A stretch of DNA of 64,000 nt, taken from positions 86,056,001 through 86,120,000 of the forward strand of contig OX597820.1 in NCBI GenBank assembly GCA_951406725.2, written 5' to 3'. This document shows positions 12,961 through 29,421 of the stretch, one piece after another (the stretch's first letter is position 1; every line of letters begins with the position of its first letter). Source of the DNA: Octopus vulgaris (taxonomy: Eukaryota). The translations under genes and the position numbers were made by a program. The notes beneath the pieces are model-generated. The model did not search any database. It had not been told where the DNA came from and was given only the letters and a program-made list of their open reading frames with translations.

Positions 12961-13385
12961 TAGATAAACTTAGATGTGTTTCGACCAATGATAGGTCCAG
13001 GCCATGTCTAACTTAATAGCACCACCTGATAGGATTATCTGAATCCTGTTTAAGTCAAGTTTTGCTTATGGTCCATTCAAGTAGTGAGTTTTTGTTGGGT
13101 GAGTTGTATCCAATTATGGGTGGCTTATCTGGTATTCTTTGAAGGAATCTATCCAGATTCCGTTTAAAGTTGATGGGATCCTGTTCCTCTTTGATCTCTT
13201 TCGGGACAATGTTAAATAGGGCAGGGCCTGTTGAGGAAAAGAAATTATGTTGTAGTGTATATGTATGCTGTGATCTTGAATTGGGCAGGGGACGTATGGC
13301 CCGTGGTCCCAGTCTTGGATGAACCTTGAAGCTTATGTTCAGGTCGTTTGGGCAAAGTTGGCGGTATATTCTCCACATCGTACAA
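12956..13385 (-). mobile_element. 5'-truncated CR1/L2-group LINE 3' end (ORF2 C-terminus, 3' UTR, tandem tail)
   Basis: ORF 13055-13378 ...FFSSTGPALFNIVPKEIK...FKRNLDRFLQRIPDKP..GY..NSL resembles CR1/L2/Crack ORF2 C-termini; ends in (ATCTAAGTTT)x2 at 12956-12975. Confidence 0.75.
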
Positions 13386-15043
13386 ATATATATATACGAT
13401 GGCTTCTTTCAGTTTCCTTCTACCAAATCCATTCACAAGGCTTTGGGTGGCCCGAGGCTAAAGTAGAAGAGAGCTGCTCAAGTGGCCACACGGTCGAACT
13501 GAACTTAGATCGATGTGGTTAGGAAGCAACCTTCGAGTTATTTTGTTTTTTTCAATAAGGATTAGAAAGCTTAAAGTGCTCTGCAATGTGTGAATCTGAG
13601 AAAGAAATATGTTCAATAATACCATAACTGATCATCATTTAGAATTTATATTTCGAACTATTTTAGAAGTGATATTCGAATGAACATCGTGGGCGGCTAT
13701 GCACAACAAAAAGCAATCCAAAGCCAGGAACTTTTCAGTACACTCTCATAATTTATATATGCACCATATATATGCACACATATATATGCACACACATATA
13801 TATGCACACATCTACGTGTGAGAGCGTATTTGTGTGTGCTAATGTATATGTGTGCCTGTGTGTAAGTGTTTGTTTTTAGAAAGAGAAAGACTGAAAGATA
13901 GATATAGGTAGAGAGAGAGAGAGAGAGAAAGAAAGAGAGAGAGGGAGAGTGAGATATAGACAGACAGAATGATAGGTAGATAGATATTTTGATAAATTGA
14001 TAATTGCATGCCAGATAATATTCACGGAGATTAATCAGATGTAATTAACATTATTACATGTTGGATGTCAATTCTGTGTATTTTATGAAATATTAAATTC
14101 CCTTGCGTATTTAGAGATAATCTCAAATTTTTTACCTAAATGTACACATTAGGGATATTTTATATTGAAAATGCGAAATGAAATATTACATTAACACTAT
14201 AAGGCCTCTTTTAGAAGTAAGGTTTAACACACATAAAAGTTATTCAAACGAATCCCATTTCTGTTTTTCAGAGGAGAATGTGATCAAAATGTTGCTTTTT
14301 GTTGCGCATAGCCGCCCATGATGTTCATTCGCGTAGCACTTCTGAAATAGTTCAAAATATAAATTCTAAATGAATAACGCGAACAGAAGAACGTAATGAA
14401 ATCAATTCCTTTAATATAGCTGCCCACTCTTTTGGGGGTTTTTTGTTTGTTTTTTATTCGCAATATTTCTTACCAAAGCGTACGACTTCTTTCTCTCTTT
14501 CAACCTTACGCATTTATTAGTAATAGAAAAATAGAAAAAGGTGGGATGTGATTTTTACCCCATAAAATATTACCTATAAGTGATATAAAGAGCAGCGAGA
14601 ACATATCACATTTTCATATTTAAAACACAGAATACAAAAAGACGTATCAATATACCCCAATAATCTCTGGTTGGGTTCCAAGTGAAGATTCGAGATTTTT
14701 TTTTTTTCGCGCAGAGACTGCAGCATATATTTGGTTTGTTCACAGTGGGAGTCGAACAGTTTTAATTCGATAGAAAATATGGAATATCAATCCAATATAG
14801 CCGTTCCTTGTTGCTGTTGTTGCTGTTGCTGTTGTTGTTACTGTTGTTGTTTTTGTTGCTGTTTGTGGCGTATATTTATAGGCTTGGTATATTTTTATCT
14901 TCTTTACCAATACAGAAAAACATTGTAATCTTGAATCAATTCCCTCAAATCTAACTCAGCAGTCATCTTATATAACGATATTTCATTGCAATGATGTACT
15001 AAGTTTGGTTCGATGAGAGTCAGAGAAAGACGAAGACAGGATA

Positions 15044-15093
<50 letters not shown>

Positions 15094-15489
15094 TATGAGA
15101 GAAGCAATAACAGAGATAAACCAAATGAAAAAGCAAGTAAACAACCTGTTCAAAACATCTAAAATAAGAAGTCACCATGGAGATATATCATAAGGCTAGG
15201 TTAGAGAAGTCATGAAAAGCTACCATTGAAGCAGACTAATGAGCAAGTATATCTGCTGTAAGCAGAGGCTTAGCGTCACACAACTTTCTATTGCTGATAA
15301 GCTGGACGGCAAAGACATCAGAATATATATAAATCTGATTAATTTTCTAGTGACACACGACAACGATTCAAAAGATTCCACTTCCAATAGAATAGAGAGA
15401 TTTCGTTTCGTTTGATACATATTATTCATTTACATGTGACATCAATGCATACAAGATTTCTGATATACAAACGCATATTGTATGGGGGT

Positions 15490-16640
<1,151 letters not shown>

Positions 16641-17094
16641 TTGCATATAAATCACGTCCTATATTGGTAATGATATACAAACATACACATCAACATTATA
16701 TAGGTATCTTATGTATGTAAAAAATATCTCGATATAACGTTGAGCATATAGATTTCGTCGATCTCTTTACTTAGATTATATATGACTATTCCTGTCACAC
16801 TCATTTAGTTTATTTCATCCTTTATCTCTCTCTCTCTCTCTCTCTCTCGGCCTACACACACACATGCACGCGCACATATAGGTTGTCGCAGACGCATTCC
16901 TAATCAAGAAGATTGGTAGATTCTATAGGGATATTCTATAAAGATGAACGAATCAGTTTTGGTTGAATGTTCAAGAAAATTATTAGGAGAATTCAACCTT
17001 CCACCCTCTTTAATGAATGACACTCTTCATAGTAGATTCACTTCCACTTTAGCGTCAATCCTAGAATTATAAAGACCTAATTAGTGCAGAGTAT

Positions 17095-17127
17095 ATATAG
17101 AGATAGAGAGATAGATAGATAGATATG

Positions 17128-17199
<72 letters not shown>

Positions 17200-17401
17200 C
17201 ATACACATATGTAATTGTTGTATGTAAGTGGGTCTGTATACACTTATGTGTATGTGTACGTATATACATATTCATACATAGATGCATAAAGTTGCCTTTA
17301 ATCCGTATATTAATTCGTTTCTCATTCTCTATTTATTTGTAATTGGGTGTATTGTATAGACATATATACACACAGACACACACACACACACATATAGTTA
17401 A

Positions 17402-17468
<67 letters not shown>

Positions 17469-17470
17469 TA
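17095..17470. repeat. Two (GATA)n tracts
   Basis: Directly visible at ~17100-17200 and ~17403-17468. Confidence 0.95.
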
Positions 17471-18104
17471 CATATATAGATAGATGTACATATATGCAGA
17501 TATATAAGTGCGTGTATATTATGTGCAAATATACATATACATACACACACACACATATATAGGTATGTATAGATCCAGGTAAACATAGACGCAACGCAGA
17601 CATAGGCACACATACACACACACAAACGCACGCGCAGGGACACATGCAGGCTTGGACACGAACTCACCCATGCACACGCACACCGCGAAAGAGAAACTAA
17701 TACTTCGTTCTGTGTAATATCGTGCGAATGTGGTGTCGCTGGGAAGTTATTGGTCAGTAAAAGCTTGAACTGTCATTGGTTAGTGTCTGTGGAATTGGTT
17801 GTGCTTTTATCAGCAGGGCAGCAATGTCAGGCTTATTAAAGAAAAACACGTAGCGTTTATTCTGGCAGTAATGATCAGATTGCCAAGGTTTACAGTACAA
17901 ACGAAGAGAAATTCAATGATCCCGTGTGAAGTCGTTAAGTAGGCCGTAAAATGGAATGCGGCAATAACGATTATTCTTTACCCTACAAAATCTTCAGCCT
18001 AAATTCTACCGCTCTTACCCTTACTTCTCCTCTCACACTCACTCTCTCTGTCTCTTACACATTTGCTCTCTTACACATTCTCTCTCTCACACTCTATCTA
18101 ACTA

Positions 18105-18135
<31 letters not shown>

Positions 18136-18244
18136 TTCTATCTTTCTATATATCTATCTATCTGTCATTCTTTCTTACACGCGCGCACACTTGCACTCAC
18201 TCTCTCTCTCTCTCTCTCTCCTGGTCTCTTTGTATATCTATCTG

Positions 18245-18287
<43 letters not shown>

Positions 18288-18876
18288 GTAACATGGTCTG
18301 TCCGTTATTTCTGTTATTCGTCATCTCGCTACTCTCTCTCGCTCTTTCTTTCTCTCACTCTCTCTTTCTTTCTTCCTCTTTCTTACACTTCCCCCCTCAC
18401 TCTCTCTCTCTCTCTCTCATGCCCTCTTACTTTCACATTGCCTACCTCTTTGTCTGGCTTTTTATATTTCGCTCTCTTGGAGCCAGATATAACTGGAAAT
18501 CATACAGAAACTTCAGAGGATATGGCCGACCTTCCTATTTATTGGATATACGTGTGTATGTGTTTGCGTGTGTGTGTATGTGTATGTTTTTGTGTGTGTG
18601 AGTGTGTGTGTGTGTGTGTTTGTGTGCATGTGAGTATGAGTGGGCGTATATATATATATGTATATACTAGCATATATGCATCATATATGTTTACACACAC
18701 ATATATGTACACAAACACATTTACACGCACACATATATATGTGTGTGCGCGCATTTTTGTGTAGGATTGTATATCTGCGTGTACTTGTGTATGTGAATTT
18801 GTATATGTATACTTATATATCTATATATCAATACGTATATGTAAAAGTCGTATAGACATACACATTTATATATGAA

Positions 18877-18919
<43 letters not shown>

Positions 18920-19634
18920 TATATATTATATATTGTATATTATATATATTCACACACATATACGCATATACATATACGCAAACACACATACACACATACA
19001 TACACACACACACACATATATATATACATATATATATACATACGTGTATGTGTATTTGTGTGTATAAACACAAATACACACATACACACACAGACATATA
19101 TATATACATACATGCATGTATGTATGCATATACATAGTTATATACTTTTGCACATGCGTAGATATATGTACACATACTTCGCGCATATATTGAATAGAAA
19201 GATAGAGTGGGGGATATAAGATGGGGAAAATGTGAAAGTCTCATATAAGTGTGATATAAGAATATTTACCATTGCTCCCAGGAGCTTTATCACACATCAC
19301 TGCAATCAGCTATGATGTTCGCTATAGCAATCAAACGAAAGCTTTTATTGTCACTATTCCTTTAAACCGCCAACTGATCACTATCAGAGTTATAGTCGCT
19401 AAAAATGGCGACGGTGTGGCAGAAAACTCTGAAGTTCTAAACCAGATGCGCTGTTCGTTTACTTGTATATCTCTCATTCTGTATTTCGAGATCAACTCCA
19501 GCCGATATCAAGTTTTTTTTTTCCGTTGTTCAGGCGTCAGACGTGTGGTCTTGGTTGGATATACTCCAGCGTTTTGCCCACACATCACCTCCCATACAGC
19601 AGCTACGTAATTTAATAAATTAATTGTTAGGGTA

Positions 19635-19850
19635 GGTAGCGAGCTAGCGGAATCGTTAGTACGTTGGAAGAAATGCTTAGCGATATTTAGACCGTCGCTA
19701 CGTTCTGAGTTCAAATTCTGCTGCGGTTGACTTTAACTTTCATGCTTTTGGGGTCGATAAATTACATCGACCCAAGTTGAATGCTGGGGTTGATGTAATT
19801 GACCTAATCCCGTCACCCAAATCTGAGGCCTTGTGCTACCAGTAGAAAGA
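19635..19850 (+). mobile_element. tRNA-derived SINE, family B
   Basis: A-box-like tagcggaatcgttag, B-box gagttcaaattc, body gactttaactttcatgcttttggggtcgataaa; followed by a (TTG/TTA)n tail; >=6 copies in the window. Confidence 0.85.
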
Positions 19851-20105
<255 letters not shown>

Positions 20106-20112
20106 GTATTGA

Positions 20113-20320
20113 TGAGCAGGTAGATACGTTAGCTTGCCAGACAAAATGCCTAACGGTATTTCTTCCGGTTTTACATTCTGAGTCGAAATTCCACAGAGGT
20201 CGACTTTGCCTTTACTCTTTTCGCGGTCGATGTAATATGAATGAATCAATCAGTGGGGCTTGATGTAATCGACCAGTCATCTCACGCAAAATTTCAGGCA
20301 TTTTACCTATATTAGAAAGG
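20113..20320 (+). mobile_element. SINE family B copy
   Basis: Colinear with 19635-19850 and 25379-25610. Confidence 0.8.
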
Positions 20321-20816
20321 ATAATTGTTTTTATTTTCCTTCAAAACTAGCGATGGTTCTTAAAGAAAACCTTCGTATTGTGGTATTCAAATCCGACGTG
20401 TTGTTTATATTCTTTTTTTCATTCTTCTGGGATACTTAGAATTATGTAGCAGTCAATAGTTTCAAGGAATTCGACTAGTGTTTTTCTCTTCAACATTGCT
20501 TTGTGCTTGAAGTCATTATTGATATCGTCCCACAGATTATCTGTGTAGAGTTACTATTGTCAATCATTATTCCCTAGTGTATAAAATACATATATCAGCT
20601 ACTTAGTCGAATGGGTTTAATCGACTTTCCTCCCCTCAACGGAGACGTCCTTGAAAAATCCTTATCATTCAATTAATAATACTTCTTACTTAAAGTCAGA
20701 AATTGAATAGTTTTTATTTAAGCATGATATCAGTGGAAGTATATGTCGGTTGTATATTTGCCTCTTGCTTCATCTCTTACTCCCTCTATCTCACTCTTCA
20801 CTCACTCTCTTACTAT

Positions 20817-20868
<52 letters not shown>

Positions 20869-22199
20869 GTTCTATCTTAGCAAATTCTGACATTGTGCCA
20901 AACAAAGACATAATTGCCATAGTAGATCACCAGGCGAAATTGTTGCGAATTATGTACTGATTTTGATGCCTGATGTAGTGCATTCAAACCTCGCTGCATT
21001 CGATTTTTAGTTCTGATTTTTAATTTCTATTAGGTCACCTTCATTTCGATAACGTGTTGGTCTATTGGTCAAGCGTCCAACAGTTAGTTTCTCATCATTG
21101 GCATTGTTATGTAGTATTGAAAAATACATTTAATCCTGATCAATTCCAGTTGACATAATTCTGTACTGAAACTATCATTATTTACATATCAACTCTATAA
21201 GCAATAAAAACTTTACATATGACAAAAGGTTTTGTTGGTTACTTGCAATTTTGTGTTAAAACCACCCCCAGTGAGACTTTTATTCCATGTAGGGTACTTC
21301 ATTCATGTAAGAAATAACAGATTGCTCAAATTTTAGAGATGCAAAACGGCAAAATATATATGTAATATAATTGGAAGGCTTTTTCTCAGTACCTAAATGA
21401 ATTCAATGTATATATATTTTTTGGCGTACATCGAAACACTAATAGCAGATTTTAGCATACATTCCATTTTTAGTTAACTGATTTCATACAAGTCTATATT
21501 TTACCACAGTTTTACAGGCAATCGTATACTCCAACGATTACTTTTATCTGATCCCAATAGAATGTTTGTACCTCATATGTTCGCTTCGGCACTTAGTACA
21601 AACCTGCTCCTGACGACGTGTCTATATAATCCCACGTTACAAACATGAAACTTTCATTTAGTCAGCAGTGAAGGATTTAACTTCCATGCAAAAACAAGGT
21701 CAAAGGAGTTGAATCCTACACTACAGTTTCGGTCTAAGATTCAATTTAACCCCCAATGATATGTATAATGCATTAATAAACGCAGAACAACTAAATGCTT
21801 GAATTTGTTAAATTTGGAGATTTTTTTTATATGCCTCAATACCCAAAATTAGTGGGAAAAGGCTTCGGCTAGATTAATAAAGCTAAAAATTTTATAAGGA
21901 GTTAGAAATGACACAGAAGAGTATTACCTGGCCGTGTGATAACGTTTACTAATCATTTAAGTGATGCCTTTTCGGTGGGCTGTGGTGTTATTAGCTCCAC
22001 GACCCTATTTACGTGAACACTACACAAGTATTAATAGGTTCTTTTCCGCTGTTGCAAGTATATTAGGAATCTAAAGAGAAACTCTAATTTTTGAGATGTA
22101 GTTTTGCAATGTCGTAAAGGATTACATCAGGAAAGGCTGACAATTTTCACGAATAAATGCACGTAGTTATCAAGCAGTCCGCCGCAGTCTTTTTGAGCA

Positions 22200-23097
22200 G
22201 AAAGAAATGAAAGATGGAGTACTTGCGCAGACTGAGACTGATCCGGAAGTCGGAATTAAACGAACGTATTAAGATTGAAGTTATCAACACCTGGGCGGTT
22301 TCACTACTTAGATATTGTGAAGCATTGATAAGAGCATGGACAGTATACGAACTTATCAGCTTAGACAGAAAGACAAGGAAGTTACTGACTAGTTATGGGA
22401 TATACCACCCAAAAAGTGACACAAACAGACTCTTGTACCAAGAAAAGGAGGGGGGAGAGGACTGATTGGATGAGAACACAGCTTTAGAGCAGAAGAAAAC
22501 AACAAAGTATGGTATGTAAAAAGTGCCACAGAACCACTATTATTGGAAGATGGTCAGGCTTGTGTAGTATGGAAGATTGCAAAGATAAAGCACCGCACAA
22601 GGACTTCAGAATGAATGAAACTAAAAATAGGTAGATAAAGAAAGAATGCATGGACAATTTCATAGGGATGTTGAAGATCATACAGAATAGACAACATATC
22701 AAAGAGAGATAAGTGATAAGTGAAAAGTGTTGTGATAAGTGAAATGTGTTGTGATAAGTGCAGAATTCGTAGACAAAATGGAGAAATCGTGTGGCATTGA
22801 TAGCCAAAGGGCTGATTCCTTCCTAGTTCAGATACCAGGAAACCCCAAAGTGGCAGAAATTCTATATTTAGTTCTCATGGGAACTGCACTTATTCTACGT
22901 AAAATACAGTCTATGTAATCTCAAATTTAACATATCTTATAATTTTATTATGTTTTTCTTAAACATTCTCTAGAACAATGCCATGACGAAAACCAAATAT
23001 ATGACACCCTTGGCATAACACCAACATGAACTTCAACTTGTCTCTTGAGGGTGATACTTGGAGTCAACTTCTACAAACACAATGCAAATGTCAAACA
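22200..23097 (+). mobile_element. Degraded, internally deleted R4/Dong copy ending in (TAA)n
   Basis: ORF 22214-22465 EYLRRLRLIRKSELN...INTWAV...LDRKTRKLL...HPKSDTNRL matches the post-RT region; C-terminus IPGNPKVAEI...VLMGTALILRK, then 3' UTR running into (TAA)n. Confidence 0.85.
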
Positions 23098-23113
23098 TAA
23101 TAATAATAATATT

Positions 23114-23174
<61 letters not shown>

Positions 23175-23177
23175 GTA

Positions 23178-23245
<68 letters not shown>

Positions 23246-23261
23246 TATAATAATAATAATG

Positions 23262-23332
<71 letters not shown>
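23097..23332. repeat. (TAA)n microsatellite (probable expanded tail/target of the R4 copy)
   Basis: Directly visible. Confidence 0.95.
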
Positions 23333-23334
<2 letters not shown>

Positions 23335-23804
23335 AATGCTGCTGACGATGATGATGAACTTTATAATGATGATTACGACAGCTGGTTCAAACATTATTTT
23401 ACGCATTAGAAAGCACACACTTTAATATGATAGCAACGTGAATACCCAATTTCTCAACAAACACACACATTCACAACAGAAAATTACTTCACACAGCGTA
23501 CAGATGTCAACTGATATTACCTACGCACGTGATATGTGTGTGACTGCGTGAGTTTCTGTGTGTGTGTATGTGTGTGTGCCTGCGTGCCTGCGTGTGTGTG
23601 TGCGTGTATTCAAGATTCAAGTGATTCAGGTGCTTAAGCAAGTGAATCTCTTGTTATTATGTGTGTGTATGTGTGCGTGTATGTGTGCGTGTATGCAGTG
23701 AGAGAAGTGAGAGAGAGAGAAAGAGAAACATACATATAGACCGACGTCAGATAGAGTGAGAGAGAAAGATATTAGATAGATTAATAGATAGATAGATGGA
23801 TATA

Positions 23805-23948
23805 TACATACATACATACATGCATACATACATACATACATACATACATACATACATACATACATGCATGCATACATACATGCATGCATACATACATACA
23901 TACATACATACATACATACATACATACATACATACATACATACATACA

Positions 23949-23982
<34 letters not shown>

Positions 23983-23985
23983 CAT
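23805..23985. repeat. (TACA)n tetranucleotide repeat
   Basis: Directly visible. Confidence 0.97.
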
Positions 23986-24540
23986 AAGAGTTCTTGAAAG
24001 ATCTGATACTACAAGAAGTGCTGTTATTTTGAAAGATATTTTTACGCTTTAATGTGTCTATGTGTACGAATGTGTACATGCCTATTGTTTATGGAAATAA
24101 GTGTTGTTAAGCAGACACATAAGTGCACCATACGTCGCAGTAAAATGAAGGATCTGGCGTTGCTGCCATATTTTATACGATTTATATATTAATAACACAA
24201 GTGCCTTAAACATTGAAAAACCACATTAGAGACTCAGATAAGACTACACACACATACACACGTACACGCGTACATACTTACATAGCGGACACAGGTATAC
24301 GCACAGAAACACATCCACACACATACACGTGCACGTATTCAGAGGCACATATACATTCGTATACACATATCTGCACATACGTATGTTTAGATATCTGCAT
24401 TTATTGTTAAATATATACACGCATGAAACATATATACGCACGCAAATCCACCTATATATCAATCGATGCATATAAATATATAGATGTGTGTGTGTGTGTG
24501 TGTGTGTGAGTATGTGCGTCTGTGTGTGTTCGTGTCTATG

Positions 24541-24596
<56 letters not shown>

Positions 24597-24957
24597 GAAT
24601 ATATACACAAGCACACTCTTATACATACACACTCATACGCTCATACGTAAGTATAGATATCTAAGTTCAACATCCATTTGAAGTGCATTTATTACTGCAA
24701 TGCTATATGCAATATTACACATTGTGAGAAAGTGCAGTGATTTAATATCCTCATTAAGAAATTAAATACGAAATAAATCAGCCAGCCCGGAAATCATGAT
24801 ATTAATTTCAAATAAATTTACGGTTCGCTACTATAATGGCATGGCATTAAAAGCGTATGGTATTATTTAAAGATTTCTTTGTTTCTTTAGGGCTAATGTA
24901 CCGGTGGAACTAAAGTTGTTCTTTCGCGGTTTCTTATTTTTAAATGTTTTTTTATTA

Positions 24958-25058
<101 letters not shown>

Positions 25059-25378
25059 GAAAGAGAGAAAATACAGTGTGTACTAAGAGAAACAAAAGGA
25101 AAATGCATTACTTTATACAACTTTTCTGGATTGAAACCAAGGAAGAGACGGAAAGAAAAATCCCATTTCCTCAAGAATGTCCGAGATGTACACTAGAGAG
25201 ATGTACAAAGAGAGGGAACGTATTAACATCGGCAGTGAGTGGCAATGCAAATAGAGACTAACCTTTGTTGTGATGATGTTTCATGAACGGCTACGAGTAG
25301 ATTTTAGATGCAAATATTAACATGCATATATGAAGACTGGTTTGGAGCCACCGGGGATGTTTAAATGATGATAATAAG

Positions 25379-25610
25379 GGCAGCAAGCTGGCAGATACGT
25401 TAGCACGCTGGGCGAAATGTTTAGCGATATTTCGTCTGCCGTTACATTCTGAGTTCAAGCTCTGCCGAGGTCGACTTTGCCTTTCATTCTTTCGGGGTCA
25501 ATTAAATGAGTACCATCGAACTGGAGTCGATGTAATCGGCTTAATCCCTTTGTCTGTCCTTGTTTCACCCCTATATGTTTAGCTCCCGTGGGCAATAATG
25601 AAATAATATA
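25379..25610 (+). mobile_element. SINE family B copy
   Basis: ggcagcaagctggcagatacgttagcacgc...gagttcaagctctgccgaggtcgactttgcctttcattctttcggggtc. Confidence 0.85.
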
Positions 25611-27028
25611 GTTATATAGGCGCATAGGCAGAAAATTCTGAAACCTGAACTTACTAGTTTTATAAAAATGAACATATGATGTTTCCAAAGCTTGAACACT
25701 GACTTCTATAGGCTTACTATACTTTTTCTAACAAGAAACAGCATTTAGCCAAGTGGAGCCCTCTTGTTGATACACATTGACTATCTGCCGAGACCTCAGT
25801 GGGTGCTTGTTTGCCTAACCTCCCCATGTACAGTGACAACAGAAATAAAAGATATGTTAAGCTAGATTTTTAATTAAATTATTTAAGTCGGACGCAAAAT
25901 TTTTCATGAAATTTCTGACGAGAAATTTCAGACATAAACATCTACCACGTCAGAAAGATATTCCACCCATATATGGAGAGGCCAAACCACGCCATGGAAC
26001 AAAGTGGAGGATGTCGGATTTTGAGATTTAAATACCCAACCAAAGAGAGAAAAAAATATAGAGAGGTTGAAATAGTATTTCTGTGGTTCATCAAGACATT
26101 CACAGTCGTTTGAAATAAATGCATAAACCTAATTCATGAACTGTCAAAACAAGAAACATTCTTTTATAGGCGGGAAAAAGTCAATGAAACCACCGTCCAT
26201 ACACAATATGTAGAATGAGAGATAAATTAATTAGTATCATTCAAACGTTTACATAAAACTATGTTCTCTCATACTTGTGACTCTGGGAGTGTGTGCTATT
26301 GTTTAGCCCCATGTCAGTTCTTGTCAAACAGGAACATGCCTAACACTGATCCAGCCATGTCTATCTCGTCTTTTTTTATATGTCAAGAACTACGTAATGC
26401 AAGGTTTCATTCTTGAGACTGTACAATGAGATTCGTGTACTAGGTGGCTACTAGTACTGATAGGTTGAGGTAAGGTGTCGGATACTCTCTCCGGAATATA
26501 CAATTGTAAAAAAACAACATAAACCAATATGAAAGTTATCACATGAGATGATGTTGATCATGTGGGACCTGCAGAGTTTAGTAAACTGACTACGCAAACC
26601 ACAAGTTAGGAACTGACACGCCCAATTTAAGACAATGACACATGAATATGGTTTTCAGGAGCTAAACACAGCTTTCTATGCTTAAAGGGTTACAAGAAAT
26701 AGATTGAAAATCCAGTCAAACAGGAAGTAATGAGGTTATATCTGGAGTGTCTCTTTAAAAGGCAAATTTGTAGAGAATCCGTTTTATAAACTATGCAGTG
26801 AAAATGGTGAGATTAGAGGTAGATACGAACATGCCGCTTGGAAAAGCATCAGAACCAAAGCAATTCCGGGAACGATATCTTTTGATTATTTCCTGTAACG
26901 AAACACAATGGCAAGCACCAAGGAAAGGTTCATGCTCTTAGATAAGTGGGATGAAAATTTGTTTGCTAAAGAAGCAAGACATTGACAGCAGGAACACTTT
27001 TCATTTTTAATATCTATGGGCTCATGGA

Positions 27029-27218
27029 GGCAGTGAGCTGGCAGAATCCTTAGCACGCTGGGCAAAATACTTAGCGGCATTGCGTCCGTCTTTACGTCCT
27101 GAGTTCAAATCACACCAAGGTCGACTTTGCCTTTCATCCTTATGTAGTCAATAAAATAAATTCCAGCTGAGCCACTCACTCGCAATTTCTGACCTTGTGT
27201 CAAAATTTGAAACCAATA
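27029..27218 (+). mobile_element. SINE family B copy
   Basis: ggcagtgagctggcagaatccttagcacgc...gagttcaaatcacaccaaggtcgactttgcctttcatcc. Confidence 0.85.
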
Positions 27219-29365
27219 TCTTTGGGTGCATGTTATATTTTATACGTATGTGCACTACAGTGTACTCAGATATACGCAGTTTTACATCAACAATTCTTTA
27301 AATGATTTTGGAGAAATCGGAGGCTAGAGATAGTGTACTTAGATAATTATGGTCGTTAACCCGGTGCGATTGTAACAGAAATGTATGAAGTTATCCACTG
27401 TCCATAAGAACAGCTGTATTAAACCGCATGACAAAAGGAAAAGAACTAAATGGAATATAAATAACTTGAGTAAGGATTTTTCGTACCATATGAAACTAAT
27501 TCGTTAGTGTTTTGTCATATATTACAAATGACAAGAGACTGGGATCATTATCGATTCTGTAAAATGAGGAGTAATGGAGCTACCAAAGATAGATCTGAGT
27601 GGCACTGCATGCAGTATTTCGTACCCATTATTCTGTTAAAGGCGAAGTTAAATTTTTTTATTCAAGTTGCTGGAAAAAGTCTGTGATTGTCCTTGGGAAT
27701 GTCGTTTGTAGCACACATACTGGAACTATTTCTAAGAAATTTATTCAGAATAACAATCAGCTCACTCAGAGCACCGAGGAAACTTCAGACATCAACCAGC
27801 GACATTAGAAATGGGAATTCCTCCATGTAGTAATAAGTTAGGTAGTTCACTGTCTGGGCGTTTTGATCTTAAGAACTGACCCGGGATTAAACAAAACTAG
27901 TCTCAGATCTTGCAGAGAGGTCCGCTAGAGCATATACTCTGAGGTTATCGTCAATTTTGATCTATCTAAATTTTCAACCAGTCTCAGTCAATCAGTCAAT
28001 GTTATTTGCTCTAAATGCAGACGGTTTTCACGTTGCTTTGTATGATTCTTTTAGTGTATGGCTTAGTATGTATTTCTTTATCCAGGATTGCTAGACTAAC
28101 GGAGCAGCATGGCACAAATGTTTGCAGCACAATAGATTCCTCCGCACTTTTGTTAGTGTTGTAGCATTACATACTGACATATCTTGCATATTATTATTTC
28201 TAACGTAGACAAAAAACATCCTTATTTATTTGTGTGAAGAATAAATATATATAGTGGTGTCAATGTGAAATATATATTTTCCAATTTTGAACCCCACTGT
28301 AAATGAAAACCCGAAATTATTCAACAACAAGGAGACGATGGAATTTCTGTAGTGATGATAGGGAAAAAAATATTGCATTGACAATGACAAACCACAACTT
28401 CCATAGTCTTCATACTCCTAAGAGTACACGAAATATGTTCGTACTACAGAAGGGAGAAATGATGACCCACCTGTTGCTCGTGCTGCCTACGACCTCTGTT
28501 GAAATGCTGCCAATATCTAGGACGTGAATGTTAGTCTTGCAATATCATTGCATGTCTTTTTCGCTGTGAGTGCACGCGGCAAGAGGAAAAGGTGTCGTAC
28601 GCCTATAGCAAATCAACATGTGTGAATGAGTGTATGCATGCAGACAAATATATTCCTATCTCTAGGCAAACAGACAGGCAGACAAACAGACAGACAGGTT
28701 GATAGATTTAGAGAAATGTCAGCAAAAAGAATAACACACAAACACACACACTCTCTCTCTCTGAATTTATCACTTTCTCTTTCTCTCTCTCTCTCTGTGT
28801 ATCTCTCTTTCAGTGTCTCACACACACCAGACACGCACAAATAGTCAACTATTCAGATATTTTACATCTATACAATATATTTTAAGAGAATATATACTTA
28901 TCAAACTATATTTCGTTGAATTTCAAACAGTAGATGAAAATGATGAAACGTTTGCTCCACTATACTCATCAAATGCTTAGCAGATTGTACGAAATCTGTA
29001 TAATTCCATTCTAGAGTTATGACAGTTTTTACAAGCTTATGTTTGCGTCATAGTAATGTAACACAAATTTACTTATTACACGCAGGAGATATGCAGCTTT
29101 AACATTAAAATTTTCTATAATATAATTTTCAGCGTTTAACGTTGGCAGCAGAAAGCAGAAAATTGTGGCAGAAGTATTTGATTATAATTTATTGAGGTAT
29201 GCATTAAGGTTAGTGTTGCAAAGACAGGCAGCAATGAAGATTGAGCGATGTAATGGTCAAAATGTGTGGCTAATAGAGTTGTCATTTATATCTACGACAG
29301 TTATTCAGTTATTGTTAGGTTTGTGTTTGTGTGTATGTATGTGTGTGTGTGTGTGAGAAAGAGAT

Positions 29366-29421
<56 letters not shown>

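Larger units (their letters stand above)
12243..13532 (-). mobile_element. SINE family A copy split by nested insertions in its internal (TA)n tract
   Basis: 12243-12480 matches the SINE 3' half and 13390-13532 matches the 5' half (tRNA head) of the copy at 37753-38163. Confidence 0.8.

Noticed and set aside
25907-25930. tgaaatttct-gacg-agaaatttca hairpin containing CTGACGA-GAAA
   Set aside because: No stem II between the core halves; a short AT-rich IR is expected by chance.
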